Positions 26,452 to 38,980 of a DNA stretch of 64,000 nucleotides are shown piece by piece. The notes under the pieces were generated by a model. It did no database searches. It was not told the DNA's origin and saw only the letters and a program-made list of their open reading frames with translations. The stretch comes from Camelus ferus (taxonomy: Eukaryota). Both the position numbers and the translations under genes were made by a program. Location of the stretch: positions 43,960,001-44,024,000 of the forward strand of contig NC_045696.1 of the NCBI RefSeq assembly GCF_009834535.1. The letters are read 5' to 3'. Numbering within the stretch: the stretch's first letter is position 1; each line of letters starts with the position of its first letter.

Positions 26452-27194
26452 AGTTTCTTAGATCTGAAAGTGTACAGTAGGATTGAGATAAGAGTCTGAA
26501 AAATTGAGGCAAACTTCATTTGTCAGATCCCTTCCCCCCATTTCTTGAAATCTTGCTCAGGTATAGCTGTGCTAAATTTTAACTTTATATCTGCTTATAT
26601 CAATTGGAATAAATTATTTAAACAACTAAAATTATGGTTTCTTATTTGGCAAAATATAATATTATACTTCTAGGGATATTATTCATAATGGTCAAAAGTT
26701 GAAAATACAAGTCTTTTATATGAATACTGAACAACAATGAAAGTAGTGAGCAGTACAAATGAAAGTTATCTTACAGAATTTATTAAGAATTTATTCATGA
26801 TAAATTCGTGAACATAAATACTAGCAGAGAGAAAAAGTAAAAGAAATTTGGGGGTATTTTGCAGCAAAATAAGAGATATTAAGTTGAAAAACCCTATTTA
26901 AAAAAAGCATGTTAAAAAGAATTACTAATAGAACAAATTTTAAGGACTAGATATACTTGGGTGATGGGGGACTTTCAGGAATTATGTTGTCTCATCTTGG
27001 TCAAGGGATAAACATTTAAGGTGGGATTATAGACAGTAGAAATTAAAGTCTCCATTATCTTGATTTATTTGGTGCCATTAGAAAAATTTACAGGGAAATA
27101 TGGGATCTTGAAGAATTAAACAAGGGAGAATGCACATTAAATTTTTAATCTTTAAAAAATTTAAGTAAATGGAAAAAAAATGCATCCTCTCACT

Positions 27195-27250
27195 CCTCGT
27201 TCTTCTTCTCTTCCTCCTTCTTCTTCTCCCTCTTCTTCTCTGTCTTTCTT
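27195..27250. repeat. (CTT/CCT)n pyrimidine-rich low-complexity tract
   Basis: tcttcttctcttctccttcttcttctccctcttcttctc seen directly. Confidence 0.8.
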
Positions 27251-27723
27251 GTTTGATATGCCTGCTATTGCTTTCATTCTCTTGCTCTCTTTTTCTGTAT
27301 TTCTAATTCTTGACAAATTAGCCAAGCTGTCATAAAAAATTTATCCTTATACTAGTGTCCTTTAACTTTGGATGGATAATAGTAAGTCTATAGTCATTTG
27401 AATTCAGTTTTGCTATCTATTCTATGATTGTCTCTTTGTATCAAGTATACTATATTTGAAAATCTACTTGTTTTTTATATTTATGCCTAGGTCTTGGCAA
27501 TAATTCCTTTACACTGGAGCATATTTATAGAAGCATACTGCAATGAAAAACTTGGAGTATATTTTTGCTTGTTAATTGTTATTTTATTATTATTTTATCC
27601 TAGAAATTGTCACCGTTATATTTGGCTGGTGCTATTCTGGAAGAGTAATGAAAGATTTCTAGACTAGGGAGATAGAGTGCCCATAAAAAACTCCCTTTTT
27701 GTGTTTGATAAATAAAGCCATTA

Positions 27724-27880
27724 GCAGAGTTTCTTAACTTTGTATGTATAGATGACTAAGGTGTCCGTGGGAGGTCTTTACTACCAATGAACCCTTTGAA
27801 ATTTAAGGTATTATTTTCTGAAGAAAAGCATTTTTTAAATCAGATTGCAAAGGCCTATTAAAAATATCTAAGAACCACTA
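27724..27880 (+). mobile_element. Short hAT-Charlie element (Charlie4z-like)
   Basis: Termini cagagtttcttaac...taagaaccacta form imperfect TIRs. Internal atgaaccctttgaaatt and tcagattgcaaagg resemble Charlie4z. Confidence 0.65.
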
Positions 27881-28203
27881 CTCTCATCTCATCTTTCACC
27901 ATGTATTCTGAATCAAATTAGTTACCAACACTTTATAAATAACTTTAAATTACTCTTGTTATAGCAAAAATGGCTAAATATTGCAAAATACTGCTGTGAA
28001 TTTTTCAGTCTCTACTTATGATAATATGTTTCCCTCTCTAAGCTAAAAACAAAAATTGTGTCCATCTGACCAAGTTACATGTCAGCTAAAACTTGGAGCA
28101 TATTTAAATCTCTGCCATAGTCAAGAATACAGGTGAGCAGAGACAAAGAGTAGAATCCACAGATGGCTAAATCTAGATTCATAGAAGGATTTAAAAACCA
28201 AGA

Positions 28204-28324
28204 AACTAAATCTGAAGCTTATCCAAATATGAATTTAATTGTAAATACAGAAGGTGGGTAACTGAAACTACAGAGTTTGATGGAAGAGCATCAATTATAG
28301 AATATAATGTGTCTGTGTAACTGA
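28204..28324. repeat. Copy A of an unclassified ~121 bp direct repeat
   Basis: Aligns to 29562-29683. By hand count, 80 of 102 positions are identical over an ungapped core. Confidence 0.9.
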
Positions 28325-29561
28325 GGAATCCAATTAACAAAGAGTGATTAAATAAACTGTGAGGGGCAGAAAAATAAGGAAGTGAGAGATTGAGAATACA
28401 TCTGGAGATAGTCCTCACTACAGACTTAAAAAAAAAATCTTGTTCTTATAACTTAGTATATAGCCTTATCAAAAGCATTTAAATGGCAGGTGGAAGCTAC
28501 TCTTTAGACATAGTTGGAATACAATATAATAATAGGATATACAATAGAGAAAGGTGAAATTGGAAGGCAAAGTGAGCAAAAAAACCATAAATATATCTAG
28601 AGGAAAGGACCCTGAGGAAAATTGGCAGTGGCTCTCTGGCTAGCACAGAAAAAATTATTTTTAAAAAGTGAGAGCAAGAAAGTTGTGAATTCTCGGGGGA
28701 AATATACATTCCCTTCACTTGGCAGGATGAGAAGGATTATTTGATGTAGAGCCACAAGTTGAGAGCTGTCTAAGTAGCCTATGATGACTTCATGGCCCAT
28801 AAATTCTCAGATCTGCAACTATAGCAGATCATAGTACAAGCACCAGGCCAACAGGTGGGTGTTGATAAGGAGATAGCTGCTCTTCCAGGATGTCATGAAG
28901 AGGATTTTCAGCCCATTTCTAAGATCCATTACCTCTGTGTGCACAGGAGAGGAAGAGGGAGTACACGCTGATATAAAATTGTCCAGTACCTGCCTTAAAG
29001 AAGCCCATAGTCAGTTTAGTTACTGGAATACTGAATAGATATGGGGTTGTTAAATCTGAATCAAAAGCATCACACACCCAAAGTTCCACAGGTGAGTGAG
29101 AGAATTCAGCATTGCAAAGGCTGTGCTCACCCAGAAAAGTGCTGTATCTTTTTGTACAGGCACAGTTAGTGTCTACTTTTGGTGAAAAATGTGTTTTACA
29201 GCTCATTAAAGTTCTTAATAAAAAATATGTGCTACCTTGTTATCCTGCATTTCAGATATTCCAAAGTTCCCATGCAGAAACCTTCCATTTGAATCTCATG
29301 GAGAAATTCATGAAAGATAGTTGAAAGTTTTAAAGAGAGTTGTCCTTTTTAGTGTATAGTTTAAATAGTCACTCAGTTGGAAATCGAGGCTTATAGGAAT
29401 GACCCCTTAATATTCCATTTTGCTCTGCAATTTTGTGGAAAGCTAAGATTTAAGTTTCTGTACTGAGAACAAAGAAAGACCAGGTGTAGTTTGAAGCATT
29501 GCAAAGTGAGAGGGAATATCCGTAACTGTATTCTAGGTATAGTACTGCTAAGTGTAGGAGC

Positions 29562-29683
29562 AACTAAATCTGAAAGCTTATCTGTATATGAACTTAATCA
29601 TAAGTACAAAAGATGTGTAACTGAAACCACAGAACTTGATGGAAGAGTATCAGTTGTAGAGCATGAGGTGATTGTGTAACTGA
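29562..29683. repeat. Copy B of an unclassified ~121 bp direct repeat
   Basis: Aligns to 28204-28324 with a single 1 bp indel near the 5' end. Confidence 0.9.
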
Positions 29684-29868
29684 ATTTGACAGGTATAGAT
29701 GGACATAGAAAGCTGGAGGTCAGAATTTCAAAATTGCAGAGCAATATGTCTTGTTTTACTTTCTGCCACACATCTAAACTAGAGTTGAAGTTTCCTGAAA
29801 GCTTTCATTCTAGAGAAATCAATCTGGTATTCTAACTTCTAAATAAAGAACTACAACTGATTTACAAA

Positions 29869-30048
29869 CTGAGTTTCTCAATGTCAGGACCATTGGCATT
29901 TTGGTCAGAATTATTCTTTGTTGTGAGTTCTGCCCTGTGCATTGTAGGATGCTTAGCAGCATTACTGACTAGATGCTAATAGCACCCCTTTCCCCAGTTG
30001 CTAGAAAGTTTCCCTGCAAAACAAATTGCTCTCCATTGACAATGACTG
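29869..30048 (+). mobile_element. MER20 (hAT-Charlie MITE), internally deleted
   Basis: tttctcaatgtcaggaccattggcattttggtcagaattattctttgttgtg...ccctgtgcattgtaggatgcttagcagcat. Confidence 0.85.
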
Positions 30049-30054
30049 CTTTCA

Positions 30055-30240
30055 ACAAGAGACATTTGATAATGTCTAGAGACATTTTTGGTTGTCACAG
30101 TTTTGGGGGGTGGGAGTGGGTGCTGTAAAGCATCTAGTTCATGTAAGACCAGGATGCTGCTAAACATCCTACTATGCACAAGACAGCCCCTTACACAAAG
30201 GATTATCCAGTTCAAAATGCCAATTGTGCCAAGGTTAAAA
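30055..30240 (-). mobile_element. MER20, opposite orientation to its neighbour
   Basis: gacatttgataatgtctagagacatttttggttgtcaca...ggatgctgctaaacatcctac...aaaatgccaattgtgccaaggtt. Confidence 0.9.
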
Positions 30241-31304
30241 TTAACATCCTTCCCTTTAAGAGTAGATGTCTATGAGCAAACAAACACATTTTTAAAACAT
30301 ACAAAACAAACAAGCATAATTTAAGGTATAGAGGACTGAAAGGCTAAAGAATCAAAATTGGATCCTAAAATTATCATCACACCAGAAGCAAACACTGAGA
30401 ACATCAAACATAAAAAACAAATGTTAGAAGATCAAAATATCTGAAATAACACCGAGTTTTTCTGAGGTCTCATCTTAATTAAACAAGACACAAAACTTTT
30501 CAATATGATGGATGCATAAGGAAAAGATCTGATTAGATTTCCCAACAAGTATAAAGCAACCAGGATGCAATCAATATTAGCTTCCATCTTCTTAGCGAAC
30601 AGTTATTGGAAATGCAGAGGGAGAAAATTTGAAAATGCAAATTCTTTAAAAGGCTTGGAATGGAAGGGTACAGCTTCCTCTTCATCAGTCTCAGTGGCTC
30701 CAGAGGATGTCTCTGGTCCACCGTTCAATGTTATCAAAGGACATTAAAGAGGATGAGTTTCCAGAAATAGAAATTCTACTGAACAGTTAATGATCATTTT
30801 CCTTCCAACATAGGATACTCTGTGAAACCTCTGGTTCTTGCACAAGTTGCTTTAAAATTCCAGCCATGCTGGAATACCAGACATGACCAGTTTTTCCAAC
30901 CCAATGCAGGGACCCCCTGTCACCTGTGCTCTGTAGTTGAAACACATTGCACAATATCTGTCCCTTCATTCCTAGCTATACTCACAATTGGCAAAAAAAG
31001 TGCCTCTTAAAATAGTTATTTTATAGTACAATGCCCTTGTCCTAAAACTGTTAAGTCATCAAGAAATTTTCTCCACATGTAATAGCTATACAGAGCATTT
31101 TAACCAAATGGTCAGACTGGGGCTCAATGAGTCAAAGAATTCTAAACATTTGGCAAAAAAGTTTCACACTACTATGTAAACCATAAGTACAAGGCACTAA
31201 AAAAGTGCTGAAATCAAAGGGAATACAAATAAACAACCTTTGATTCAGAAGCTTTGGTCTGTGACCTTTTTAAATACAGTTGTGAGATCATTTGTGAAGA
31301 AATC

Positions 31305-31480
31305 AGATGCCTTTTCAACCCAGCTCTCAAGATATCCAGTACCTGCATGTCTTAAGCATGTTAGTTACCTTGTCTGAATCTCAGTTCTCATGCCTATAAA
31401 CTAATGATATCACGTGTCCAGCCTACTCACAGCTATGTTTAGTGAAATTGGTTAATGTAAACACCGTTTAGAAATTACTA
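31305..31480 (+). mobile_element. MIR SINE
   Basis: ttcaacccagctct...agttaccttgtctgaatctcagttctcatgcctataaa resembles the MIR core. Confidence 0.6.
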
Positions 31481-31499
31481 AGTCGAGTCAAATATCTGA

Positions 31500-32250
31500 G
31501 GCATGTATTCACTTTTAAGTTAGGAACAAGATACAAGTATCTTCTTTCTCCATTGCTATGCAACATCACACTGATATTTTAAATTAATACATATAAAACC
31601 AAAATTTAGTAGACAAATTCTGAGCTTTCCTGACATCTCATCTTAATGCATGATGTTTTTAACAAATAATGCATAGAGAGAAGATCAAATTTGAATTTCC
31701 AAAAACAAATATAACATAACAAAGATGCAATCAATATAAGTATCCACTCTTATTGAAAAGTGAGAAACAAGGGAGAAGATAAAGCTCAGTAATAGAGTAC
31801 ATGCCTAGCATGCATGACATCATGGGTTCAAACCCCAATACCACCATTAAAAATAAGTAAATAAATCTAATTACCTCACCCCCCCCAAAAAAAACACCTG
31901 AAAAGTGAGAAACAAAATATCATTACTTTTATGGTGTGCATTTGTTGACATAAACCTACAAGACCATAGATGAAATTGTTAAAACACTGTCAAAGTTTCT
32001 GGATATAAGATTACTCAGACACACAAAGCAACTGCTTACTGCTCTAAAAGAAACAATAGGTTAGAAATTATACTGAAAACTGATTCTATTAACTATAACA
32101 AAAAAATTTTTAAAGGAAAGAGATTTAAAATGTTAGGGATAAATTTTTAGAAAAATTTAGCCTAAATTATTTATCTAATTAAATGTATGAATGGGGTAAC
32201 AACAGGGGTGTTCCTGGATATAACATATTTGAAATATCAATTTACATGCT
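31500..32250 (+). mobile_element. Very old L1 ORF2 fragments hosting the SINE
   Basis: ggaacaagatacaagtatc...ccattgctatgcaacatc and tttgttgaca resemble the L1 RT region. Confidence 0.45.
31771..31898 (+). mobile_element. tRNA-derived SINE, Vic-1-like (camelid)
   Basis: Degenerate A box aagctcagtaa, B box GGTTCAAACCC at 31825, and tail aaataaatctaattacctcaccccc plus A-run. Perfect TSD TGAAAAGTGAGAAACAA at 31754-31770 and 31899-31915. Confidence 0.9.
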
Positions 32251-34334
32251 CCCTTTTTTAATTAAAATTTTGCAGGTGTTTTTTGCTTGAAGAAAATATT
32301 TCACCCTTGCTTAACCACTCTCTGGGATGCTGGTATCTGCCAGTTGTGGGATGGTTTGTCCTGCATTTTTACTACAGTGCAAGATTAATCTTTATTTTTG
32401 TTTATCTTCATGTGGTATTCAAAATAGAATTACTTATACAGAATTATAGAATTACTTATAAAATAATCTTACCATGTTTTTTATGTCTAAATATAAATAT
32501 CTAAAGCTGATATTCTCTAGCTTTCATATATAGAACCCATTGGAAGGGATTATGAGTTATATTTTGTCTAAATCAGATTTCATTTGCATCTCTACTTTTC
32601 AAACCAGTTCTTTATTATCTTCACTTTACCTATCATCTTTGCATATATTGTTTTGTATCTAAAAATAGTAAATATTGATGGATTTATTTCATAATCCTAT
32701 GAAAACAGTTTACTTATGTGCTGAATTTATGATAAGGTGTTAATATAATCCTAAAGTTATCCTTACAGAGAAAAACTGCCCACTGACTACTGGAAGATAA
32801 TTCAAACAACCTAGTCCTAAATGAATAGTGTGGGTGGATTAAAGCTAATGTTATTACTAACTTAGTGATTATAACGTTATTGGTCAGGGATTACTGCAAG
32901 GTCTTGAAGGATCTCAAAGTCTCAAATCACTATATAGGTCCTATATTCTAGGAGCTTAAGGGATGAAAAGTTGTTAAGTGGAATATATATGACTTTACAA
33001 AAAAAATCCAAGAATCCAACTGCATAACTGTCACCAGTCTCCCTTCCTAGTCTCTGAGTTTATTTCTTTTCCTTAAAAACTTATTTATACAAATAGATCC
33101 AAAATATAAAAGAGCTTAAAATACCATGAAGGCCAAATAATTCATCCCTTTATTTCAAAGGAGACGCAGCTAGTTCCAAATAAGGGTTAAACATTTTCTT
33201 CTAACTTTGTCTATTTTTTCTAGTCTATCATCCTGCTTCCCTTGTCTTATGTGACAATATGTTAATTGATCCCTTTTTAAAAAGTTTATAACTGAAAACT
33301 ATTTTAAGAAGAGAGTTTAATTGGTAGTACCACAGATAAGTTCAAGGGTAATGTTTTATGAAATTGCAGCCATTATTATTTGTGACCTGAACTGCTGCAG
33401 ACATCTTACCCCTTTCCCAAATCCATGGTTTCTCCTCACACTCAATGTCTACTTATTACTTAAAGCAGATTTTATAGAAAACCATGTTGGTTGTTGCAGA
33501 TTCCTTTTCTTCTTTCTGACTTCAATGTGCCTATTTTACACTATGCAATCTAGTGCCACTTGCAATTATGAAAAGAAAATAAAAATAAAAGAATGTGAAC
33601 TTCCCTGGAGAGCTAGAGAAATTCTTTGTAGAAAAACAGCTTGCTTTCTTATGAGTAAGATTGGGAAGAAATGGGGTTGGATAGAGTAAAGTTCATATTA
33701 AATGAGGTAGAGGTAATGATCCTCAGGCGTGACTAAACAAGAGGGCAAAGTAAAAAAGAGGAACTTGTCACTAAGACAAATTAGTTGCAAAACCCCAAGA
33801 TTTCTGCTTTATGTATGATAGGCTAAAGGACTGAAACTAGATAATAGCCAGGCATTTTGATACACATCTTATAAAAAGCAAGGAAATTTTAAAAGGGAGA
33901 ATCCCTGGCTAAGTAGAGCAGCTTGACAGACTATACTGTGAAAAACATCACGTGATTGAAATTTTTGGTTAATATGAAGTAAAATAAAGCCTAAGAATAT
34001 TTGGAGAGGAGTGGTGAGTTCATACTTTAAAAAAAATCACAGAATCTACATTATAATCCTTTGTATCAAAACTATTTGCCATGAAATGAAGAAGGGCAGT
34101 GGCAATGGGAAAAAGCAACAGTTTGTCTAATGGTTGTAATTTCTATTTGGAGAATGTGTGCCAAGGGTCTCAAAACATAACCTGGCAAATAATATTTTTG
34201 GCAGAAACTTAAAATATTTGAAAATTGGGGAAACTTACTTGTTTGTTTAGATTTTCTTTCCTAAGAAGAGAGAAATAAAGGAAGAAGTTACTCGTAGTTT
34301 AGTTTGGGGATCTGAGATTGTTATCATCATGTTT

Positions 34335-34900
34335 TGTAGTGGACAGATTTTAAGGAGGTCCCTATAATTCTCTCCTCTCTTTTAGAGTGGGTGGTATCTG
34401 TGAACTGCTTTTAATCAACAAAACTTGGTAAAGGTGATGGATCATAAATCCTAATATTACACTTCATAAAATTTCATCTTGGAAGACTCACTCACTTTCT
34501 TTCTGTCTGTCTTTGAAGAGGCCATGCTGTGAGAAACGTGTGTAGAGGAGAGGTCCACATGGTAAGGAAATAATGGTGGTCTCTGGAAACTGGCCTGATG
34601 AAAGACCTGTTTGATGATGAAGGCCTGAGAATGGCCTGATAGCCAGCAAGAAGCCAGGCCTTGAGTCATACAGGCACAAGAAAATGAATTCTGTCAGTCA
34701 TCTCAGTGAACATGAGTAGTAGAGTCATTGCCAGTTGAATTTCCAGATAAGAACTGAGCCCTTTCCAATGTCTTAATTCTAACCTTGCATAGGATCCAAT
34801 TAAGCCATGCCAAGATTCCTGACTCAGCCAAACTCTGAGATAATAAATATATGTTGTTTTAAGATGCTAAACTTACAGTAACTTGTCACTTAATAATAAT
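34335..34900 (+). mobile_element. MaLR solo LTR (MLT1E/F-like)
   Basis: tgtagtggacagattttaagg...ccacatggtaaggaa...agccagcaagaagccaggcc...tgagataataaatatatgttgttttaag. Confidence 0.85.
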
Positions 34901-35099
34901 AATAATAAAAAAACCTCATTGTTTAAAAACAGTGGGAAAAAAATGGGCAATAGTTTGTGTATCTGCAAAATGAGAATTATTATACACTGGACTGCATTAA
35001 GTAAGTTTATTCTTATCATCTAATTCTGCAAAATAATCTTATAAGTTTTTTTTTTATTAACTTACATAACTTACCTAACATATACAAGGAACTGCCAAA

Positions 35100-35800
35100 T
35101 TATATTTATTCCAACTGTGTCATGTCCTGGTTCTCCCTCAACATGAACCTTATGACTAGAATGCCCTTCCTCCTCTTCTGTACTGAAAGAACAGAACATT
35201 TGTTTATTCTCAAAGCTCAGTTCAAGTATCATCTGCAGCAGGAAACTATCTCCTGATCCCTTAGTGTGGATTAAGGACATCTATTTATTTCATATTTATT
35301 TATTTATCATGCATTCATTATTTTAACCAGTGTCCATTAATCATTAATTACCTGCCTCATAACTTTAGTATTGATTATTGTAGTGAATACAGTATACCAG
35401 GTTCTTGATTTTCATGAAGCTTACATTCTAATGTGAGATATAGGTAATATATAAATAAGATAAGTTAACCTTTAAGAACCACGCAAGCTATGCAAAAATT
35501 TGAAATAAGAAGTAATTGGTAGAAATTAACTGCTTGGCTATTTTGCTTTAAGCAGGTAGAAGAGATGTAAATAAGATGACCTTTAATTTTGAGCTACACG
35601 ACAAAAACGATTCACCTATGTGAATTTCAGAGGAAAGAGAAGTCCACACAGAAGAAACCGTCTATGCAAAGGCCCTTTGCTGAGGTACTGAAGAAGTTTA
35701 AAGAAGGCCAGAGTTGCCGGATTAGAGGTTAAGCAGAAAGGTGGTCATAGATGAAACTATAGAGTAAGATGGGGACAAGACCCTAAAGTACTTTAAACCA
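35100..35800. mobile_element. L2 fragments (plus strand ~35100-35280, minus strand ~35290-35800)
   Basis: ctagaatgcccttcc...ttcaaagctcagttcaag on plus; tcatgaagcttacattcta and tgcaaaggccc on minus. Confidence 0.6.
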
Positions 35801-37139
35801 ATTCTCACATACCTGAATGCTGTGAAGAGGTCACTCACATAAAGAGGGCCGTGGAGGAGATTGTTAAACTTGACAAAAGAACACTCTGGAGTAATAAAAA
35901 TAAAGGACAATTTGAATGGACTAAGGAATGATAATGATGTGAGCATGTATAGAATATTACTGAAGACAATTCTTTCATTACGTTTCCTTTGAAAGAAGAA
36001 AGATACAGCAGAGAGTAAGTGGATTAAGATCACATATGTATACTGATGGAAGAAAAAGTTACTTTTAGAACTATCACAAATAAATTATTTTAAATTTGAG
36101 TCAGAGTTTTACTATTCATGAGTAGCAAGCAATGGTGGAGGGGGGATAGAAAGAAAAAAAGACATATGCCACATTATGTTATGTTATCTAAATTTTTAAA
36201 GTCTATTAGTAAAAAAAATCTTTATAGGATAAAGTTGCCTTTTCTATGACTTCCTTAAACTCAACATCATGCTTTCATATAACTTATGTTACTTGTTCTT
36301 CATTACACACTTAAGGAGCATATGTAATATTTATTACCTATTGCTATACGGATGCAATTTCAAAGTTCTAGGTACTTTTAAGTGACTTCCAAATTCCCCA
36401 AACTGGTAAATTGCTGAACCAGATTTTCTGTTATTGAAGTTAGTTCTATTCCTATGACCTCGTGATCTAATTTGTGTTTGTGTGTCTATATATCTTGTTC
36501 ATTTCTTTTTATGTAAGTAGAATAAAGAGGGAGTCAAATGACAGGTGTTTAATGTTATAGATAATAAATCTTAGTTACCATAAAACATACATTATGGCTA
36601 CAGTCTTTTTCAATCAATTTACTCTGAAGGTCAGTATGTTTACAATGTATTTTTTTATTTAATTTTTATAGGTTAGAATGGTATCCAGAAAATATTTAGA
36701 AAATTCTCAGCAACTGTGAGGTGTGTTGAATTCAACTCTTTAGCTTACTGTCAGTTTCTTTAATCCTCTGTTCTTATATATCTTTATATGGTAAGGCAAT
36801 CACATTCAAACAATGAAGAAAACATTTTAAATTAAATATTAGTAAAAGTTTTGAGGGGTTTTAATAAGTGAGTTTTTCCATTTTTTAAAGAAAATATGTT
36901 CACCTCTGTCTAGCAATTCCCCTCACCCTGAGTTTCCCAACATCTTCTTTATTAATAGATTTCATACTTTATTAAGAAAGTAGAATCCACATGATAGGAA
37001 CATTTTTTCACCTTACATTAATAAATTATAAGCTAAATAAGTCTAACCATATTTCTTTTCCACCCTATTACATTTGATGCTGTGTTTCTCCTAATATCAA
37101 AATCCAAATCCTTGGACCATGAATGAGTATCTGCTATTA

Positions 37140-37750
37140 TCTAGACCTTAATATATAAAAATCTATGAAACTGAAAAAATATATGAAATGACTGTTTTTG
37201 GATGCTGGGTAATGTAGACTGTGCGGGACTGTGATCACCAAAAGAAGGAAAAAACACAAAAGGAATCTAAGATTGTTCAAGATTTCTGTTCAAGAGCGCA
37301 TCTGGATGACAGCATGGGGATATAGAGTCTAACCAGAGTATAGATGTGCTGGGCAGGCAGTGATGAAAGGTCTGATGCAGCTAAAATTTAAGGACGAAGG
37401 AAGCTAGGAAGAGAAGAAGTTCCAGAAGTTTGCACGGACTCCTTGTGAGTCTGTGGCTGACAGTAAAGTTGACTTCATAAAGCCTGACAGAAAAAGGTAC
37501 AGGAAAACTCTGATAAGAACAGAGATTCCAGAGGTTGCATAGATGATATAGGATGACTAATTAGGCAAAAGGTAGAGACTTCATTAAACACCACGGGAAT
37601 TCAGCTGACACACCAGAAAAGAGTTAAGAGTAGCGATAACCTAGTTATAAAGTACATGCAACTCTAGACCTGCCCTAATAATGCTTAAAATATGCCTCAA
37701 GAGAGTCAATCTGAGCCAACCTTAAAAACTTCCTGCCAAGGAAACAAAAC
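37140..37750 (+). mobile_element. Old L1 5' region fragment (L1MC/L1M4-type)
   Basis: gactgtgatcaccaaaagaagg...ctctagacctgccctaataatgcttaaaa...cctcaagagagtcaa resembles ancient L1 5' ends. Confidence 0.6.
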
Positions 37751-38159
37751 TGACTGATGAAAACTTTCTGAATCATGCTAATTGACTCAGTGCTTCTTCC
37801 TGAGTGGATGATTTCTAAGGTGGTCGTCAGAAACCACAGAGTTTATCTCCCACCTTCTGGAGAGGATGTGTTTCCAAGACTTCCAGTGCACTTGCCACCT
37901 CTTCCTAATTTTTTCTTATTAACTTGAGACCATTGATATAGTGGACCCCTGTGGTATTATCTGGATGTCCAGATCATCCAGATTTCTTTGAATTTGAATT
38001 ATACTATATGGGGGCACAGACAGGTGTACGTAGCCCTGGGGCAAGACTGTAGGAATACAGTCTTGTCTAGTCTATGTGAATGTGAACTTTTTTTTTTTTT
38101 AAAGTTGCAAGCAATACATACTAAGGGATGGCTGAGGAAAATTAATGCCCAGAAGGCTA

Positions 38160-38240
38160 AATAATAGTAACAATAATGATAACAGCTAATACTTAAGTAG
38201 CACCTACTGTGTGCCAGTCACTGATCTAAGCACTTTATTA
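38160..38240 (-). mobile_element. MIR or L2 3' tail fragment
   Basis: ataacagctaatacttaagtagcacctactgtgtgccagtcactgatctaagcacttta. Confidence 0.75.
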
Positions 38241-38519
38241 TTTTTTTTAAATTTATGCTGATAATTTTCCTGCAAATGAATCACTTCCACCCAAGACTGT
38301 AATGTCTCACATCAGTGGCCACTTTGCTGGTGTATCCTGTAGAGCCAATCATAGTTTGCAGCTATTTATGCAAAAAAATAGCAATCAGAAATTGAAATTT
38401 ATATAAATTATACTGGAAGAAATAAACTTGGGTCTGAACTGTCCTGTCGAAAAAGACTTTTTTCCCTCTATTATAAAAGTAAAAATATTTCTTATATATT
38501 ATTCACAGAAATATGTATA

Positions 38520-38980
38520 TGTCCCACTACTTCACTACTCATATGTTACTTTGATTACTTTGTTGTGCATAAACTTTCTTTTATTTTTACCCTTTGACTC
38601 TCTTTACCCGTTTCTTGACCCCCACAACCAAAACTCCCTACCTCTGGCAACCACCAATCTGTTCTCTGTATGTATGAGCTTGTTTTGTTTTGCTGAGATT
38701 CCATGTACAAGAGAACTCATATGGTATTTGTCTTTCTTTAACTTATTTCATTTAGCGAAATACCCTTGAGGTCCATCCATGTTGTTGCAAATGGCAGAAT
38801 TTCCTTCTTTCTCATTGCTGAATAATATTACATAGATACATATATATATATATCTTCTTTATCCATTCATTTATTGATGGGCACTTAGGTTGCTCCCAAA
38901 TCTTGACTATTGTAAATAATGCTTCAGTGAACATGGAGGTGCATATATCTTTTCAAATTCATATTTTTACTTTCTTCGGT
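38520..38980 (-). mobile_element. L1MA-type 3' end inserted in the ERVL
   Basis: cctctggcaaccaccaatctgttctctgta...gtccatccatgttgttgcaaatggcagaatttccttcttt. Confidence 0.9.

Noticed and set aside
31771..31845. tRNA-like sequence with A and B boxes
   Set aside because: Degenerate A box and stems, a SINE tail and a TSD show it is a SINE rather than a tRNA gene.
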